Shown here piece by piece: positions 48,852-59,677 of a stretch of DNA of 64,000 nucleotides. The notes under the pieces were generated by a model. The model was not told the DNA's origin, ran no database searches, and saw nothing but the letters and a program-made list of their open reading frames with translations. Location: positions 233,387 through 297,386 of the forward strand of contig NZ_CAMXCM010000001.1 in the NCBI RefSeq assembly GCF_947179015.1. Direction: 5' to 3'. The translations under genes and the position numbers were made by a program. The first letter of the stretch is position 1. Every line of letters begins with the position of its first letter. Origin of the DNA: Commensalibacter communis (GTDB taxonomy: Bacteria; Pseudomonadota; Alphaproteobacteria; Acetobacterales; Acetobacteraceae).

Positions 48852-49811
48852 TTACGTTAAACGCCTTAACCAAAAGTAAACAATGATAGTGGTGGTAATC
48901 CATCCGATAAAATAATTGCATATTGGCAGCAGAATAAACAGACCAAAAAGTTGAAAAGGGGTCGTTATTAAAAAATAAAACCAACTGGCATTGGACAGAG
49001 CTTGCCAATTAGGGTCACTGCTAAATGGTAAGGATAAATATGTTAAGAATAATAGCAAAGGTACTGAAAATACACTGCCTATTGTTCCACCCACACTGGC
49101 CAAAAAAGCACTTCTGTTTGCAAAACGAAAAGATATATAGGCATCTGATGCCCCAAGATTATGTAAAATTTCAATTGTTTGTTTACATTGCATTAATCCC
49201 GTTCGTGTGGATAATGCAATGACGGTCGCAGCAACAGATATGACAATAATAAGTGCTAAAAAAGCACTTGTTTGCAAGCTATTGGCTAAGGCATTTAATC
49301 GTTGATTCCAAAAATTGCTTTGTTCGATTGAAATATCAGGAACTGTTTGTTTCAGAGTTTTTTCAAGTGTAATAGATAAGGGCGGATCATGTTTTAAGTG
49401 AAGCTCTATAATCGCTGGAATAGGCAAAGCAAATGATTGAATACTTTCATGTAACCAAGGCGCAAGCAATTCATCAATTTCTTTGTCGGTCATTTGATGA
49501 AATGAATCGAGTTCTTTTGAAGTAGACAAGATTGCAATGACGCTTTGTATTTTTGTTTTAGTGGCGGTTGTTGATAGCGTTGTTGTTTGATTGCTGGATG
49601 ATAACGACTCATTGGGCATCGGAATCTGTAAGATGATTGTTGACGCTGCACCTGCGCTCCATCTTTTTGCTAGTTGTTGGCTAGCATAGGCCCCAGCAAT
49701 GGACAAGGCAGCAAGGAAAGTCATGGCTGCAACCAAAGGAATTAAAAATTGCCCAGGCAGTGCACGGTGCAGTTTTAGACCATCTGATGTTTTATATTTA
49801 AACAGCATCAT
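48852..49811 (-). CDS. ftsX: Cell-division ABC transporter permease-like protein FtsX
   Basis: 319 aa with a periplasmic domain between TM1 and three C-terminal TMs. The start overlaps the ftsE stop. Confidence 0.75.
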   Translation of the reverse strand: MMLFKYKTSDGLKLHRALPGQFLIPLVAAMTFLAALSIAGAYASQQLAKRWSAGAASTIILQIPMPNESLSSSNQTTTLSTTATKTKIQSVIAILSTSKELDSFHQMTDKEIDELLAPWLHESIQSFALPIPAIIELHLKHDPPLSITLEKTLKQTVPDISIEQSNFWNQRLNALANSLQTSAFLALIIVISVAATVIALSTRTGLMQCKQTIEILHNLGASDAYISFRFANRSAFLASVGGTIGSVFSVPLLLFLTYLSLPFSSDPNWQALSNASWFYFLITTPFQLFGLFILLPICNYFIGWITTTIIVYFWLRRLT

Positions 49812-50463
49812 TTACCCATAATCGTCCATTTTCCAATTTCAAGCGCGTTGCTGGAAATTGGCGAATTAATGCATCATTGTGTGTTGCCATGATAATAGTA
49901 CACCCCAGATCATTCAAATCATAAAACAGATCCATTAGACGCTTGACTTGATATTCGTCTAAAGCGTTTGTTGGTTCATCAGCAAGTAAGAGATTGGGTC
50001 TATGAATGACAGCCCTTGCAATTGCAACACGTTGTTGTTCGCCCCCAGATAGGGTTTTAGGATAAGTATATTTTTTATGTTCTAATCCGATCCATTCTAA
50101 TATACGTGCATTTGAACGTTGTACGGTATTTTCATCGATATTTTGTAACCGTAAAGGAAGTGCTATATTATCAAAAACCGTCAAATTAGGAATGAGTTTA
50201 AAATCTTGATAGACTATCCCAATACGTTGTTTTAACCGACAGATCGTTGATCTGCGAGCGTGATTAGTTGGTGTATCTAAAATCGTTATTAAACCCGAGC
50301 TAGGTTTTTTTTCCAAGTGTAATAAACGCAGCAAGGTTGATTTTCCAACGCCAGATGGACCTGTTAACCAACAGAAACCACCCTGAGGAATATGTAAATT
50401 TACATTGTCCAACAGAGTAATATCATTTTTATAATTTAAACTGACGCCATCGAGTTGAATCAT
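49798..50463 (-). CDS. ftsE: Cell-division ABC ATPase FtsE
   Basis: Walker A GPSGVGKST, ABC signature LSGGEQQRVAIARA, Walker B LLLADEPT. 221 aa. Confidence 0.85.
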   Translation of the reverse strand: MIQLDGVSLNYKNDITLLDNVNLHIPQGGFCWLTGPSGVGKSTLLRLLHLEKKPSSGLITILDTPTNHARRSTICRLKQRIGIVYQDFKLIPNLTVFDNIALPLRLQNIDENTVQRSNARILEWIGLEHKKYTYPKTLSGGEQQRVAIARAVIHRPNLLLADEPTNALDEYQVKRLMDLFYDLNDLGCTIIMATHNDALIRQFPATRLKLENGRLWVNDAV

Positions 50464-50505
50464 TCGCTGTGCTTTAAATCTTTTTAATTTTTAGAAAGAG
50501 AAAAC

Positions 50506-51018
50506 TTACAAACGTCTTCCCAAAAAGGCTGTGATGGTTGCGCAAAGTGCCGTCAAACCAATCAGCAATAAACCATCAAAAATTAATGAAGATGCAGAAA
50601 TTGTATGACCAGCGACAGTTAATGATGATGGGATTAGTTCTGTTCCACGGCCAACTATATCACGTATTTGTGGATCAGCTGCATCGACCATGCCGACCGC
50701 AGAGTGTAAAACACTGGGTAATATTTTCCAAATAATACCAATAATGAGTAAAAGTGGCGCAAAGATTTCAGCGACTTGTTGAATGAAAAAGAAAGCAAAA
50801 TGACATACTGCCCATATAACCGTTAAAACCATTTTGGATATTGGAACTCCAGAGGATGGATTTTTTTTTGTATAATGCTGCTCTGACATGGATGTGCTGA
50901 GACGTTCGTTTGTACGGGTGGTATCTGTGGGTATATTCACGAAATAATCCTCAAATAAACAATAAATTGGGCTAATTATCTTTCTGTTTTCAGTAATATG
51001 CAACCCTATAAAAAGCAA
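50506..51018 (-). CDS. Hypothetical small membrane protein (start uncertain; possible internal start at 50889)
   Basis: Three to four hydrophobic helices with no motif. Upstream of ftsE in the same orientation. Confidence 0.35.
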   Translation of the reverse strand: MLFIGLHITENRKIISPIYCLFEDYFVNIPTDTTRTNERLSTSMSEQHYTKKNPSSGVPISKMVLTVIWAVCHFAFFFIQQVAEIFAPLLLIIGIIWKILPSVLHSAVGMVDAADPQIRDIVGRGTELIPSSLTVAGHTISASSLIFDGLLLIGLTALCATITAFLGRRL

Positions 51019-51205
51019 TATTTTATATAATTACAGTAATGATACGATATGATTTTGGGTTTGTGAGGCGTTACATTGGATTTACTCACCAGCTTTTAAC
51101 ATAAAAAAAGACATAATCTTAAATAATTATTTGATCGGTTACTGAATTCAGATACAAACATTTGATATCAATTTCAGTTCGTTAAAATGTTAAGGAGAAC
51201 GAGCA

Positions 51206-52765
51206 ATGAATGCGCTTCCAGCCATTTTGGTTGTGGATGATGATCCTAAAATTCTGCAAGAGTTCAAGCAAATGTTAGAGGATCAGTTTTGCGTATATAT
51301 TACACAATCTCCACATTGTGCCTTGGATATGATTAAAAGAGGCGTTCACTTTTCTGCTATATTATATAATTATTTTATGCCTGTAATGTATGGGAATGTG
51401 TTTTTTGCACGTGTTCGGAATATTACAGTTGCCACGCGTATTCTTCTATCATCTAAGGATCGAACTGATTTTTTAATTTCAGCGTTAAATCAGGGTGGGA
51501 TATCTTTTTTTATCTCAAAACCTCTCGATCCTTTGGAAGTTAAAGAAATTGTACAACGTGCTGTTGCACGCTCTCAATATCGTCGCCAATTACGACATGA
51601 ACAGATTTTGCTAAAAGGATTATTGGATCATTTACCTTATGGATTGGCCTTTAAAGACGAGCAAGGCAAATTTACTAAAATGAATGAACTGGCAGCAGCA
51701 AGAAGAGGCTTGACCGTTCAAGAATGTTTAGGAAAAACCGAAGAGGAAATAGAACCGTCTTTTAAGCCCCAAGAGCTGTCGGCGTTTAAAGAGCGTTTAC
51801 AAAAAGAAGAACGCTTTGTTGCGACACTAGAAGTACCTGCTGCTGATATTCATCAGCCTTCGCAATGGTTTTTGATTACACGGTTGTTACTAGGCAGGGT
51901 CAAAGGTGAAATTGCGCATTCTTCCGTTATTATGGAATTAGATATTACCGAGCAGAAAATGCTAGAAGCTAAGCTACAACATGCAGAAAAACTACAAGCA
52001 TTAGGAACTATGGCAGGGAGTATTGCTCATGATTTTAATAATCTGTTGACAACCATGATGGGATCGTTGGAGTTATCAGAACAATTATTAATGCAAGATC
52101 AGTTGCAAGAAAAACAAATTATTTCTATAAAACGATTATTAGTGAATACGCTTGCTGCTGCACAGAAAGGCGCAGTTCTTACGGAAAGATTGTTAAGTTT
52201 TAGTCGTCGAAAAAAATTATCTTTGCAAGAAGTCGATGTCGTTAAACAAGTAAAAGAAAATTATGAACTTTTATCCCAAACTCTATCAATGCGTCATGCT
52301 TCTCGTTTAAAAGGCGATAAGAAGGCCGCAATTAAAGAAAGTATTTACTTAGACATTCGGTGTCAGCTTCCTATGGGGGTTTTAATCAAAACAGATCCTT
52401 CTCAATTAGAGTTGGCAGTCATGAATTTATGTATTAACTCTGCTGATGCAATGCCTCACGGTGGGAAAATCATGGTTATTTTACACAAGGAAACGATTAC
52501 AGACCCTGTGAACCATAATCATCAACTCTCATGTGGGGATTATGTTGTGATTACAGTAAAAGATGAAGGTGAAGGTATGTCAGCAGAAACGATTGCCCAT
52601 ATTTTCGAACCTTTTTTTACAACAAAGGAAGCAGGGTGGGGAACAGGTTTAGGACTAGCAATGGTTTATGGGTTTGCACAACAATCAGGTGGGGATGTGA
52701 TGGTTAAAAGCCAAGCTGGGGTTGGAACAGCAATTAGTATTTATTTACCTATTTTAGTCAACTAA
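51206..52765 (+). CDS. Hybrid sensor histidine kinase: N-terminal (pseudo-)receiver - PAS - HisKA - HATPase_c
   Basis: Receiver-like ILVVDDDPKIL...ILYNYFMP...FISKP. PAS-like middle. H-box GSIAHDFNNLLTTMMGSLEL. N/G1/G2 boxes (MNLCINSADAM, VKDEGEGM, GWGTGLGLAMV). Confidence 0.8.
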   Translation: MNALPAILVVDDDPKILQEFKQMLEDQFCVYITQSPHCALDMIKRGVHFSAILYNYFMPVMYGNVFFARVRNITVATRILLSSKDRTDFLISALNQGGISFFISKPLDPLEVKEIVQRAVARSQYRRQLRHEQILLKGLLDHLPYGLAFKDEQGKFTKMNELAAARRGLTVQECLGKTEEEIEPSFKPQELSAFKERLQKEERFVATLEVPAADIHQPSQWFLITRLLLGRVKGEIAHSSVIMELDITEQKMLEAKLQHAEKLQALGTMAGSIAHDFNNLLTTMMGSLELSEQLLMQDQLQEKQIISIKRLLVNTLAAAQKGAVLTERLLSFSRRKKLSLQEVDVVKQVKENYELLSQTLSMRHASRLKGDKKAAIKESIYLDIRCQLPMGVLIKTDPSQLELAVMNLCINSADAMPHGGKIMVILHKETITDPVNHNHQLSCGDYVVITVKDEGEGMSAETIAHIFEPFFTTKEAGWGTGLGLAMVYGFAQQSGGDVMVKSQAGVGTAISIYLPILVN

Positions 52766-52781
52766 CCTCGTTGAGCGTAAA

Positions 52782-53414
52782 TTGATGAAAGAAGTCTTCT
52801 TTGCTTTGGAAGCATCTCAGGACGAAAGAGGTAATAATTATTACATTATTCCTCCTGACTTTCAAAATTATAAAGCGGATCCATACCGGTACCATTATTC
52901 AGAATTTGAAACTATATCAACATATCATTTTGATAATTTTTATCAGGCTAAGATCAAAGAAAATCAATTAACTGCTGACTTTTATGTGCAAAGTAATCTG
53001 GCATCAAAAGAATTCAATGTATTATTAGATCAGCTCGATATTAAACATCAATCTATTCCGTTGGATATAGTTCTTTATCGTAATAAAAAGCCGTTAAAGC
53101 AGTATTTTTTAACTTTTGTTACAGATATAATTTCTATTCTTGATGAAGGGCAATCTGATTTTCGAATAAGTATCGATCAATACACAAATAAACCAATTAT
53201 CGAGAAAGGATTTACAATTTATGAAACAATATCAAATTTTATTATTGATGAAACAAAAGTAAATCAAAAACATTTATTTTATTGTGCAGATATCCAGAGT
53301 TTAATGTGTTCATCCTATTTTAAAGACAGATATATAAAACAGAATTTAATCGGGATTAATTTTAAAGAAATTAATAGCAAGTTTAAATATGATCCTTTGG
53401 CAAGTTTAATGTAA
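52782..53414 (+). CDS. Hypothetical protein (AT-rich, no recognisable domain) wedged between kinase and response regulator
   Basis: 210-aa ORF starting 17 bp after the kinase stop. Lys/Asn/Ile-rich. Followed by a 330-bp extremely AT-rich spacer. Confidence 0.4.
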   Translation: MMKEVFFALEASQDERGNNYYIIPPDFQNYKADPYRYHYSEFETISTYHFDNFYQAKIKENQLTADFYVQSNLASKEFNVLLDQLDIKHQSIPLDIVLYRNKKPLKQYFLTFVTDIISILDEGQSDFRISIDQYTNKPIIEKGFTIYETISNFIIDETKVNQKHLFYCADIQSLMCSSYFKDRYIKQNLIGINFKEINSKFKYDPLASLM

Positions 53415-53761
53415 CATTGTATATTAGTAAATAGAATCGTTTTAGTTATAAAGTAGAAGATTTAAAACTAAATAAGTAAGAATTAATTGTAACGTAATTG
53501 TAATATGACCTTTAATTTTTTTTGATAATTGATTGTAATCAATATGTTATATGAAAGTTGTTTGAATATAATTATGAATTTTGCCTAATTATTAAGAAAG
53601 CTATTCAAGAGTTGATTGAATATGCACTACCTTAATATTCATTTTGTATTATTTTGTAGAAGAGTTAATTTGGTATGTTTTTAAGGTATAATTAAGATTA
53701 AGATGCTTATAAAATTTGATGTAAATATTATTTTTCTTCTTTGTTCAAAGGGTTACATTTT

Positions 53762-54154
53762 ATGGCAATAGAACAAATTGAAAAGAAATTAATCTTAGTT
53801 GTGGAAGATGATTCTGTTTTACGTCCGTTGTTGGTCGAATTGTTAAACGATATGGAGTTCGAAGTTATTGTTGCAGAAGATGGTCAAACAGCATTGTCTT
53901 TGTTACAAAATTTAAACGAGAGCCAAAGTAATATTGATTTATTACTCACAGATATTGGCTTGCCAGGTATGAACGGCAGTGATTTGGCAAAAATAGCACG
54001 AAAAATGTGGCCAGATTTATCAATTTTATTTATTACGGGTTACTCTCATGGGGTTGGAAAACTGCCAACAGATGAAAATATAAAGCTGATTACCAAACCT
54101 TTTTCTTTGGGTGTTTTCACAAAGAGAGTTGAAGAGCTCGTCGCAAGAGAATAA
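53762..54154 (+). CDS. Single-domain response regulator (CheY-like receiver)
   Basis: Canonical receiver: acidic pair LVVEDD, phospho-acceptor D in LLLTDIGLPGMNG, T in FITGYS, K in ITKPF. About 130 aa. Confidence 0.8.
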   Translation: MAIEQIEKKLILVVEDDSVLRPLLVELLNDMEFEVIVAEDGQTALSLLQNLNESQSNIDLLLTDIGLPGMNGSDLAKIARKMWPDLSILFITGYSHGVGKLPTDENIKLITKPFSLGVFTKRVEELVARE

Positions 54155-54196
54155 AGTAGGGCATACTTATTTTAGTAAAAAGGCTATTTAATACAG

Positions 54197-54775
54197 ATGC
54201 AAAATCATATTTTATCTTCACATGACCCAGTACAATGGCATGGGACAACCATTTTATGTGTACGCCGTGATGGTCAAGTCACCATTGCTGGTGATGGCCA
54301 AGTCACATTGGGGCACACTGTTGTAAAAGGAAATGCCAAAAAAGTCAGAAGAATAGGTGCCAGTGGTACTATTCTTGCGGGCTTTGCAGGGGCAACTGCG
54401 GATGCATTTACCTTATTAGAAAGATTAGAAAAAAAACTTGAACGTTATCCGAACCAACTAGAACGTGCTTGTGTGGAATTAGCTCAAGATTGGCGTACAG
54501 ATCGTTATCTTCGCAGATTAGAGGCCATGTTGTTGGTTGCTGATAAACATCATTCTTATACATTAACAGGAAATGGCGATGTATTAGAGCCAGAAGATGG
54601 TGTTGTTGCGATTGGTTCAGGTGGAAATTATGCGCTGGCTGCTGCCCGTGCTTTGTTGGGGGTTGACGGATTAACATCCGAAGAAATAGCACGTCGTGCA
54701 ATGGCGATTGCTGGTGAAATTTGTATTTATACGAATTCTTCCCTTACCGTAGAGACATTGTCAGCAGAAGGTTAA
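54197..54775 (+). CDS. hslV: ATP-dependent protease subunit HslV
   Basis: Mature N-terminus [21 protein letters not shown] (catalytic Thr) and [14 protein letters not shown]. 192 aa. Confidence 0.9.
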   Translation: MQNHILSSHDPVQWHGTTILCVRRDGQVTIAGDGQVTLGHTVVKGNAKKVRRIGASGTILAGFAGATADAFTLLERLEKKLERYPNQLERACVELAQDWRTDRYLRRLEAMLLVADKHHSYTLTGNGDVLEPEDGVVAIGSGGNYALAAARALLGVDGLTSEEIARRAMAIAGEICIYTNSSLTVETLSAEG

Positions 54776-54777
54776 TA

Positions 54778-56109
54778 ATGATGAGTAATAATATTCCAAC
54801 CTATTCTCCAAAAGAAATCGTTGCAGAGTTAGACCGCTTTATTGTTGGTCAAAATGATGCAAAACGTGCTGTTTCCATTGCGTTGCGTAATCGTTGGAGA
54901 CGTGCAAAATTGGCAGATGGTATTCGTGAAGAGGTTGTTCCTAAAAATATCCTTATGATTGGTCCAACGGGTTGTGGTAAAACAGAAATTGCAAGACGCT
55001 TAGCACGTTTGTCACAGGCTCCATTTTTAAAAATTGAAGCAACCAAATTCACCGAAGTTGGATATGTGGGACGTGATGTTGAAAGCATCGTCAGAGATCT
55101 AGTCGAAGCCTCTTTGGTAATGTTACGTGATATTAAACGCCGTGATGTCAAAGAAAAAGCGAAAGACGCAGCTAATCAACGTTTAGTAGTGGCATTAGTG
55201 GGTGAAAGTGCTTCTGCGGAAACTAAAAATAAATTTTTACAAATGTTGCTTAATGGTGAGTTAGAAGACAAGGAAATCGAGATTAGCCTTGCCGATGCGT
55301 CTTCACCTGTCAATCAATTTGATATTCCTGGCATGCCGTCTGCTCAAGTCATTAACTTTACTGATATGATGAAAGGGTTAATGAGCAAATCTGAAAAAAC
55401 ACGTCGTCTGACCGTTGCCAAAGCCCGCGAAGCATTGATTAAAGAAGAATCTGATAAAATGCTTGATAATGATGCATTGGTGCAAGAAGCGATTAATCGC
55501 ACGCAGAATCATGGTATTGTTTTCTTGGATGAAATCGATAAAGTCTGTGCGCGTTCTTATGAAGGCAGTGGTGGACGCGGTGGTGCAGATGTGTCTCGTG
55601 AAGGGGTGCAGCGTGACTTATTACCTTTAATCGAAGGTACCACGGTTTCTACAAAATATGGTTTGGTAAAAACAGATCATATTTTATTTATTGCGTCTGG
55701 TGCTTTCCATTTAGCCAAGCCGTCAGATTTATTACCAGAATTACAAGGGCGTTTGCCTATTCGTGTAGAATTATCGCCGCTGACTTGTGAAGATATGCGC
55801 CGTATTTTAACAGAGCCAGAACATTCTTTGTTAAAGCAATACATCGCGTTGATGGAAACGGAAGGTGTCAAGTTACACTTTACCGAAGATGCCATTGATG
55901 CCATTGCAGAACTGGCCACGGATATTAATGAACGGGTTGAAAATATTGGGGCTCGTCGTTTGGCAACAGTGATGGAAAGGTTATTAGAAGAAGTGTCTTT
56001 CTCAGCTTCTGATAAGGCAGGGGAGACCATTGAAATTACACGTCAAGATGTTCAAGAACGTGTCGGTTCATTGGCCAATAAAAGTGATCTAAGTCGCTTC
56101 ATCCTCTAA
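54778..56109 (+). CDS. hslU: ATP-dependent protease ATPase subunit HslU
   Basis: [22 protein letters not shown], Walker [17 protein letters not shown]-domain insert, sensor-2 region. ATG lies 3 bp after the hslV stop. The annotated longer ORF start at 54721 overlaps hslV and is rejected. Confidence 0.9.
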   Translation: MMSNNIPTYSPKEIVAELDRFIVGQNDAKRAVSIALRNRWRRAKLADGIREEVVPKNILMIGPTGCGKTEIARRLARLSQAPFLKIEATKFTEVGYVGRDVESIVRDLVEASLVMLRDIKRRDVKEKAKDAANQRLVVALVGESASAETKNKFLQMLLNGELEDKEIEISLADASSPVNQFDIPGMPSAQVINFTDMMKGLMSKSEKTRRLTVAKAREALIKEESDKMLDNDALVQEAINRTQNHGIVFLDEIDKVCARSYEGSGGRGGADVSREGVQRDLLPLIEGTTVSTKYGLVKTDHILFIASGAFHLAKPSDLLPELQGRLPIRVELSPLTCEDMRRILTEPEHSLLKQYIALMETEGVKLHFTEDAIDAIAELATDINERVENIGARRLATVMERLLEEVSFSASDKAGETIEITRQDVQERVGSLANKSDLSRFIL

Positions 56110-56147
56110 TTTTTTTTCTAACTGACTGACCATGCGAGATTTATAGA

Positions 56148-56588
56148 ATGTCTGATCCTTTTATTGTTCCAGAAGAAGAAAGTGCTGCCGAGGCGATTGA
56201 GGCAATTCGTGAAGAATTAGAGTTGTTTGATGATTGGATGCAACGCTATCGGTATTTGATTAATTTAGGCGAAAAGCTACCTGATTTTCCTTCAGAATGG
56301 CAAAATGATCAATTTCGCGTGGTCGGTTGTCAAAGTCAAGTTTGGCTCAATTTCCGTGAACAAGAAGGGAAATTGTTTTTCGCGGGCAGTTCAGATGCGG
56401 TGATCGTCAAAGGATTAATCGCATTATTATTACGCATTTACTCAGGGCGTGATGCTGTAGAAATATCTCAAATTGACCCTATTTTTATTACTGATTTGGG
56501 ATTGGCAGGTGCCTTGTCTGCCAATCGCAGTAATGGTGTTGCGTCAATGGTAAAAGCAATCCAAACAATCACACAGCGTTATTTGTAG
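56148..56588 (+). CDS. SufE-family sulfur-acceptor protein
   Basis: RYRYLINLGEKLPDFPSE...VVGCQSQVWL...GSSDAVIVKGLIALL matches the SufE pattern, with the conserved Cys in GCQS. Confidence 0.7.
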   Translation: MSDPFIVPEEESAAEAIEAIREELELFDDWMQRYRYLINLGEKLPDFPSEWQNDQFRVVGCQSQVWLNFREQEGKLFFAGSSDAVIVKGLIALLLRIYSGRDAVEISQIDPIFITDLGLAGALSANRSNGVASMVKAIQTITQRYL

Positions 56589-56734
56589 TTTCCAATATTT
56601 GTAAATAAGTTAATGAACGAGTCCGATTTGCATAAGCGCGGAATTGTGATTTTCTTTTACTTTTGGACTAGAGTAAAAATAAATACAAAATAAACATCTT
56701 CTTTTATTAAAAAGAATATATTAGAGAGGCATAC

Positions 56735-58435
56735 ATGAAAAGGACTATAGGGGATTTCTTACTTGATAGATTATCCCAAATTGGTATCAAAGATATCCTT
56801 GGTGTTCCTGGAGATTATAATCTTCAATTTTTAATTCAAACAGAAAGAAGAAACGATATCAAATTCGTTGGCACGCGTAATGAGCTAAATGGTGCTTATG
56901 CCGCAGATGGTTATGCCAGGTTGAATGGTATCTCGGCTTTGCTTACAACATATGGGGTTGGTGATCTCAGCGCGATTAATGGCATTGCTGGTGCATATGC
57001 AGAGTACGTACCAATTGTTTGTATTACAGGTGCACCTCCTTTAAATAGTATGTATCGTCGTCGTTCCTTGCATCATACGACTGCAGAAGGGAATTTTGAG
57101 GATATAATGAGTTGTTATCGGCCTTTTACTGTGGCTCAGGCAAGAATTACCCCTCAAAATGCTGTTGAGGAAATTGATCGTGTTTTACGTGCCTGTGTTC
57201 GTAAGAAACGTCCAGTTTATCTGCAAATACCATCTGATATTACTTTTTTTGAAATTGACGTTTATAACGAAAAATTATCTCTGCGCCAGCAAACCAGCGA
57301 TTTGCAACAACTAAATGCTGTTGTTGAATCTATTGAAGAAAAATTGGCTAAGGCGGAAAACCCTTCTGCTTTATTAGGGATGGCATTGGATCGCTTTGGA
57401 TTACGTGATTTAAGCCAATCTATGATTGAAAATCTTCAGATTCCTTTTGCAACTTTATCTGCTGCACAATGTGTGTTGGATGGGGATCATCCGCAATGGA
57501 TTGGCGGATATAGTGGACGCTCTTCTTCAGACAAGGTTAAGGCTGCTATTGAACAATCAGATTGTTTATTTGGGTTAAATGTTAAATTTACCGATAGTAA
57601 TTCAAGCTATTTTACTCAACATGTTCCAGAAAATATGATCAATATCCGTCCATTTAGAACGATTATTGGTCATGAAGTGTATGAGGGCGTTTCAGCGATT
57701 GAATTATTAGATCGTTTATCCAAAATTACGCCTCCTAAAAAATACAAAAATTGGCAATCGAATCCTCCAAAAGTGAAGGATGCTTGGAAACCAGTCACTG
57801 GTGAAAAGTTAATCCAAAATCGTTTCTGGCAACGTGTCGAAAGTTTCATTAAACCACACGACGTGGTTGTTACAGAAGCTGGTACTTCCATGCGTGGTGT
57901 GAAGATTTTGGACATGCCCTCTGGTATTACGATTATCAGTCAACCTTTATGGTTATCGATTGGATATTCGTTGCCAGCATTGTTTGGTTCTTTGATGGCA
58001 AAGCCAAATCGTCGTCAAGTAATCTTTATCGGTGATGGATCATTCCAATTAACAGCACAAGAGGTTTCTTCTTTTTTTGAACATGATCTAAAACCTATCA
58101 TATTCTTAATTAATAATAGAGGTTATACGATCGAACGAGCAATTATGGGCTTTCATTCGAAGTATAATGATATTCCTAATTGGAATTATCGTCAGTTGTT
58201 TGATGCCTTTAGTGATGGGAAAGAATTTTTCTCTCGTCAAGTCAATACTGAAGAAGAATTCGAAAATGCATTAAATGACGCTGATAAAGTTGCTGACAAG
58301 CAATTATGCTTGATTGAAGTTATGTTTGACCCGTTGGATATTCCAAAAGCAGTGCAATCTTCTGCAAACATGGTTGCAGCATTTAACTATGGACCAAGAG
58401 GCTTAAAAGAGCTTGATAAAAATATAGATGATTAA
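56735..58435 (+). CDS. Thiamine-diphosphate-dependent 2-keto-acid decarboxylase (pyruvate / indolepyruvate / phenylpyruvate decarboxylase family)
   Basis: N-terminus MKRTIGDFLLDRLSQIGIKDILGVPGDYNLQFL closely parallels Zymomonas PDC / Enterobacter IpdC (VGxYLxxRLxQIG...GDYNL). TPP-binding GDGSFQL...NN motif. 566 aa. Confidence 0.85.
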   Translation: MKRTIGDFLLDRLSQIGIKDILGVPGDYNLQFLIQTERRNDIKFVGTRNELNGAYAADGYARLNGISALLTTYGVGDLSAINGIAGAYAEYVPIVCITGAPPLNSMYRRRSLHHTTAEGNFEDIMSCYRPFTVAQARITPQNAVEEIDRVLRACVRKKRPVYLQIPSDITFFEIDVYNEKLSLRQQTSDLQQLNAVVESIEEKLAKAENPSALLGMALDRFGLRDLSQSMIENLQIPFATLSAAQCVLDGDHPQWIGGYSGRSSSDKVKAAIEQSDCLFGLNVKFTDSNSSYFTQHVPENMINIRPFRTIIGHEVYEGVSAIELLDRLSKITPPKKYKNWQSNPPKVKDAWKPVTGEKLIQNRFWQRVESFIKPHDVVVTEAGTSMRGVKILDMPSGITIISQPLWLSIGYSLPALFGSLMAKPNRRQVIFIGDGSFQLTAQEVSSFFEHDLKPIIFLINNRGYTIERAIMGFHSKYNDIPNWNYRQLFDAFSDGKEFFSRQVNTEEEFENALNDADKVADKQLCLIEVMFDPLDIPKAVQSSANMVAAFNYGPRGLKELDKNIDD

Positions 58436-58450
58436 GTTGAATTCTATATA

Positions 58451-58482
58451 ATGTAGTTAAAAACCAGATAAATATTTTATCT
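58451..58482. terminator. Bidirectional rho-independent terminator between convergent decarboxylase gene and minE
   Basis: AAAAA-CCAGATAAA-TATT-TTATCTGG-TTTTTTTT. A-run and T-run flank a 9/8-bp stem, so it can terminate both strands. Confidence 0.55.
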
Positions 58483-58520
58483 GGTTTTTTTTGTTGCCAG
58501 ACAGCACAATAATTAAAGAG

Positions 58521-58787
58521 CTAATTATTGGTTTTATTTTGTTGAGGCACTTCAATATCGATTTCCAAAGTTGAAAAATCATTTCCTCTGTCTACTTTGA
58601 CATGAATTTTCTCTTGATCGATAGCAATATGTTTCTGTATCACTTCCATAATTTCTTTTTGAAGTTTTTGTAACAGATCGGAATTGCTTGTTTGAGAAGA
58701 ACGCTCATGAGCCAGTAGTATTTGTAAACGATCTTTGGCAACTGGGGCTGTATTTTTTTTATTGAAGAAATTTGAAAAAAAACTCAT
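58521..58787 (-). CDS. minE: Cell-division topological specificity factor MinE
   Basis: 88 aa. MSFFSNFFNKK...RLQILLAHER is the MinE membrane-targeting and anti-MinCD helix. Confidence 0.85.
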   Translation of the reverse strand: MSFFSNFFNKKNTAPVAKDRLQILLAHERSSQTSNSDLLQKLQKEIMEVIQKHIAIDQEKIHVKVDRGNDFSTLEIDIEVPQQNKTNN

Positions 58788-59599
58788 TATTTATTCCTTC
58801 CAATTAGCCAGTCAAAGAATCCTTTCTTATCAGTAGGAACAGTAACTTCAATTTTTTCACCTTGTAGGCGTTTCACAGCTTCTGAATATGCACGCGCCGC
58901 AGGAGAGTTCGGCGCAGATAATGTGATTGGTGATCCTAGATTAGAAGCCTTTAAAACATCTTCGCTTTCTGGAACAATGCCGATTAAAGGGATAGAAAGG
59001 ATCTCTAGAATATCATCTGTATTCAGCATGTCACCACGGCTGGCGCGGCTAGCAGCATAACGCGTAATCAAAAGATGTTTTGGGATTTTTTCGCCTTTTT
59101 GTGCTTTGTCGGTAGTACTGTCCAATATCCCGATAATACGATCGCTGTCGCGTACTGATGATACTTCTGGATTCGTAATAATAATCGCTTCATCAGCAAA
59201 ATGCATGGCCATTTTCGCACCTTTTTCGATGCCAGCAGGGCTATCACAGATAATCCAGTCAAATTTTTCCCTTAGTTCTGCGATAACTTTTCCGACACCT
59301 TCTTCGGTCAAGGCATCTTTATCCCGTGTTTGTGAGGCGGCAAGAATATAAAGTGTTTCTACACGTTTATCCTTAATAAGCGCCTGTGATAATGCGGCTT
59401 CGCCTTGAATAACATTAACAAAATCAAAAACAACACGACGTTCTGCGCCCATAACAAGGTCAAGATTTCTTAGCCCAACATCAAAGTCAATAACAACGAC
59501 ATTTTGTCCTGTTTGTGCCAAGGCTGCACCTATTGCAGCAGTAGATGTTGTTTTTCCAACGCCACCTTTTCCAGAGGTAACAACAATTACCTTTGCCAT
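58787..59599 (-). CDS. minD: Septum-site-determining ATPase MinD
   Basis: Deviant Walker A SGKGGVGKTT. 270 aa with a C-terminal amphipathic helix. Confidence 0.9.
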   Translation of the reverse strand: MAKVIVVTSGKGGVGKTTSTAAIGAALAQTGQNVVVIDFDVGLRNLDLVMGAERRVVFDFVNVIQGEAALSQALIKDKRVETLYILAASQTRDKDALTEEGVGKVIAELREKFDWIICDSPAGIEKGAKMAMHFADEAIIITNPEVSSVRDSDRIIGILDSTTDKAQKGEKIPKHLLITRYAASRASRGDMLNTDDILEILSIPLIGIVPESEDVLKASNLGSPITLSAPNSPAARAYSEAVKRLQGEKIEVTVPTDKKGFFDWLIGRNK

Positions 59600-59677
59600 A
59601 TCATCTCCCTTATTATTTACGGTTTAGAAATTTATTATTGTATATTGATTAATTATGCTAGAGACTAAAATTCAAAA

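Noticed and set aside
54721-54777. Longer annotated start of hslU overlapping the end of hslV
   Set aside because: The extension ([19 protein letters not shown]) is not part of the conserved HslU N-terminus. An ATG 3 bp after the hslV stop gives the canonical [15 protein letters not shown]... start.
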